64,000 nt of DNA from Okamejei kenojei (taxonomy: Eukaryota): contig CM069151.1 of NCBI GenBank assembly GCA_035221665.1, positions 28,706,001 through 28,770,000 of the forward strand, in the 5' to 3' direction. Positions 63,122-64,000 of the stretch are shown here, piece by piece. The notes beneath the pieces are model-generated. The model did no database searches. It saw only the letters and a list, made by a program, of their open reading frames with translations, and was not told the origin of the DNA. Both the position numbers and the translations under genes were made by a program. Position 1 is the stretch's first letter, and the number at the start of each line of letters is the position of its first letter.

Positions 63122-64000
63122 TTAGCCAGTGGTTATAGCCTTTCGCCTGACATCAGCCCAGTCCATATAAACAGTCTTTTTGTGGGGCAAGTTGTCAGCT
63201 CGTCTGGTTGCACACTCACATTGAAGCAATTTCGCAATTAATGCCTTAGATACAACAATTAAAAGATATATTGTCAGCAAAACAATCAGCAGGACTTTTT
63301 AGCAGAGTTCCAAGTTCCTTTCCCAAATAACAAAAGGGATCATAGCCGCACTCAGAACTGCTGGTCCGATTGATATCTCCTGCTTTCTTGCCATCCTTCT
63401 TTATTTGGTCCGTCATATTCGATACCTGTGGAGAATAATCATCAATCCATGTACAACATTCAGGTCCAATGACAGCACATGCGCCTCCCTGTGCTGCCAA
63501 CATGAAGTCCAAGGCCATTCGATTCTGCAAGGCAAAGAATCGGATCTCCGATTGCTCTTTGTTTACCAGGTGTAAGGCATCAGAAGTTTGCATTGCCATG
63601 TCATCAAGAGCCCTGCTGAGGATCCTGATTTGGTCCAAAGACATCATTACACCATAGCTTGGTACCAAGGCACCCCAAAATCGGCGGAAGGGCGTCTGAT
63701 AGTCGGTAAATGATCTCCTTTTTCGAGAGAGAGTCCTGGTGCCCTGTTCATTCATCAGACGTATTCGCTTCCAATTGTTGTTCTCTTTCGGAGTGTCGTT
63801 CAGGAGTCGATAAGCTGGGGTAGGAAAAGCCAAAGCGCATCGTCCGGTCCAATTCGATGGTAGGTAGTGAAAGGCACTTTGGTTGCACATCCAATATGTT
63901 CCTAAGGGTTGATGACACCACACAGCTGTCACCTTTCATTAGCATTTCTGCCAATGTGACTGCAAGTTGTTTCATACAGCCCGTGCATTTTGATGTGCAA
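63122..64000 (-). pseudogene. env: ERV envelope (gamma-type Env), frameshifted, continuing beyond the window
   Basis: GTYWMC..LPSNWTGRC, furin site RKRR, ISD LQNRMALDFMLAAQGG, CX6CC CAVIGPECC; TM helix lies in a shifted frame; in-frame stops at 63936-63941. Confidence 0.9.

Noticed and set aside
63246-63932. Domesticated syncytin- or suppressyn-like gene
   Set aside because: The frame is closed by stops at 63936-63941 and lacks a signal peptide, so function cannot be supported unless the indels are assembly errors

Overview
Eukaryotic, vertebrate genomic DNA; the repeat set (V-SINE, CR1, Rex1/Babar, abundant Penelope remnants) suggests a cartilaginous fish such as a skate or ray, which is an inference. 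Three host genes are present. (1) An intronless TSPAN6/7-like tetraspanin on the minus strand (5215-5949, ORF open to 6339). (2) A complete TRABD gene on the plus strand: CpG-island promoter near 18.5 kb, nine coding exons 24634-39147 giving 370 aa, and a long 3'UTR. (3) SELENOO coding exons 1-8 on the plus strand (46669-60760); the Sec-containing last exon and SECIS were not found and presumably lie beyond the window. The rest is a nested TE landscape: a decayed near-full-length Gypsy element (13150-17331), the env and 3'LTR end of an endogenous retrovirus in SELENOO intron 8, CR1 and Rex1 fragments, and a GC-rich structured non-autonomous family. The strongest candidate for an undescribed system is a set of about 20 short Penelope-derived units carrying a minimal hammerhead-ribozyme motif, often arranged as foldbacks with 11-17 bp target-site duplications. 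Also notable are a UGCAUG/YCAY-rich minisatellite just after SELENOO exon 1, a splice acceptor whose pyrimidine tract comes from a CR1 tail, and an unexplained pseudoknot-capable island in SELENOO intron 4. All calls were made by eye; no searches or folding programs were run.
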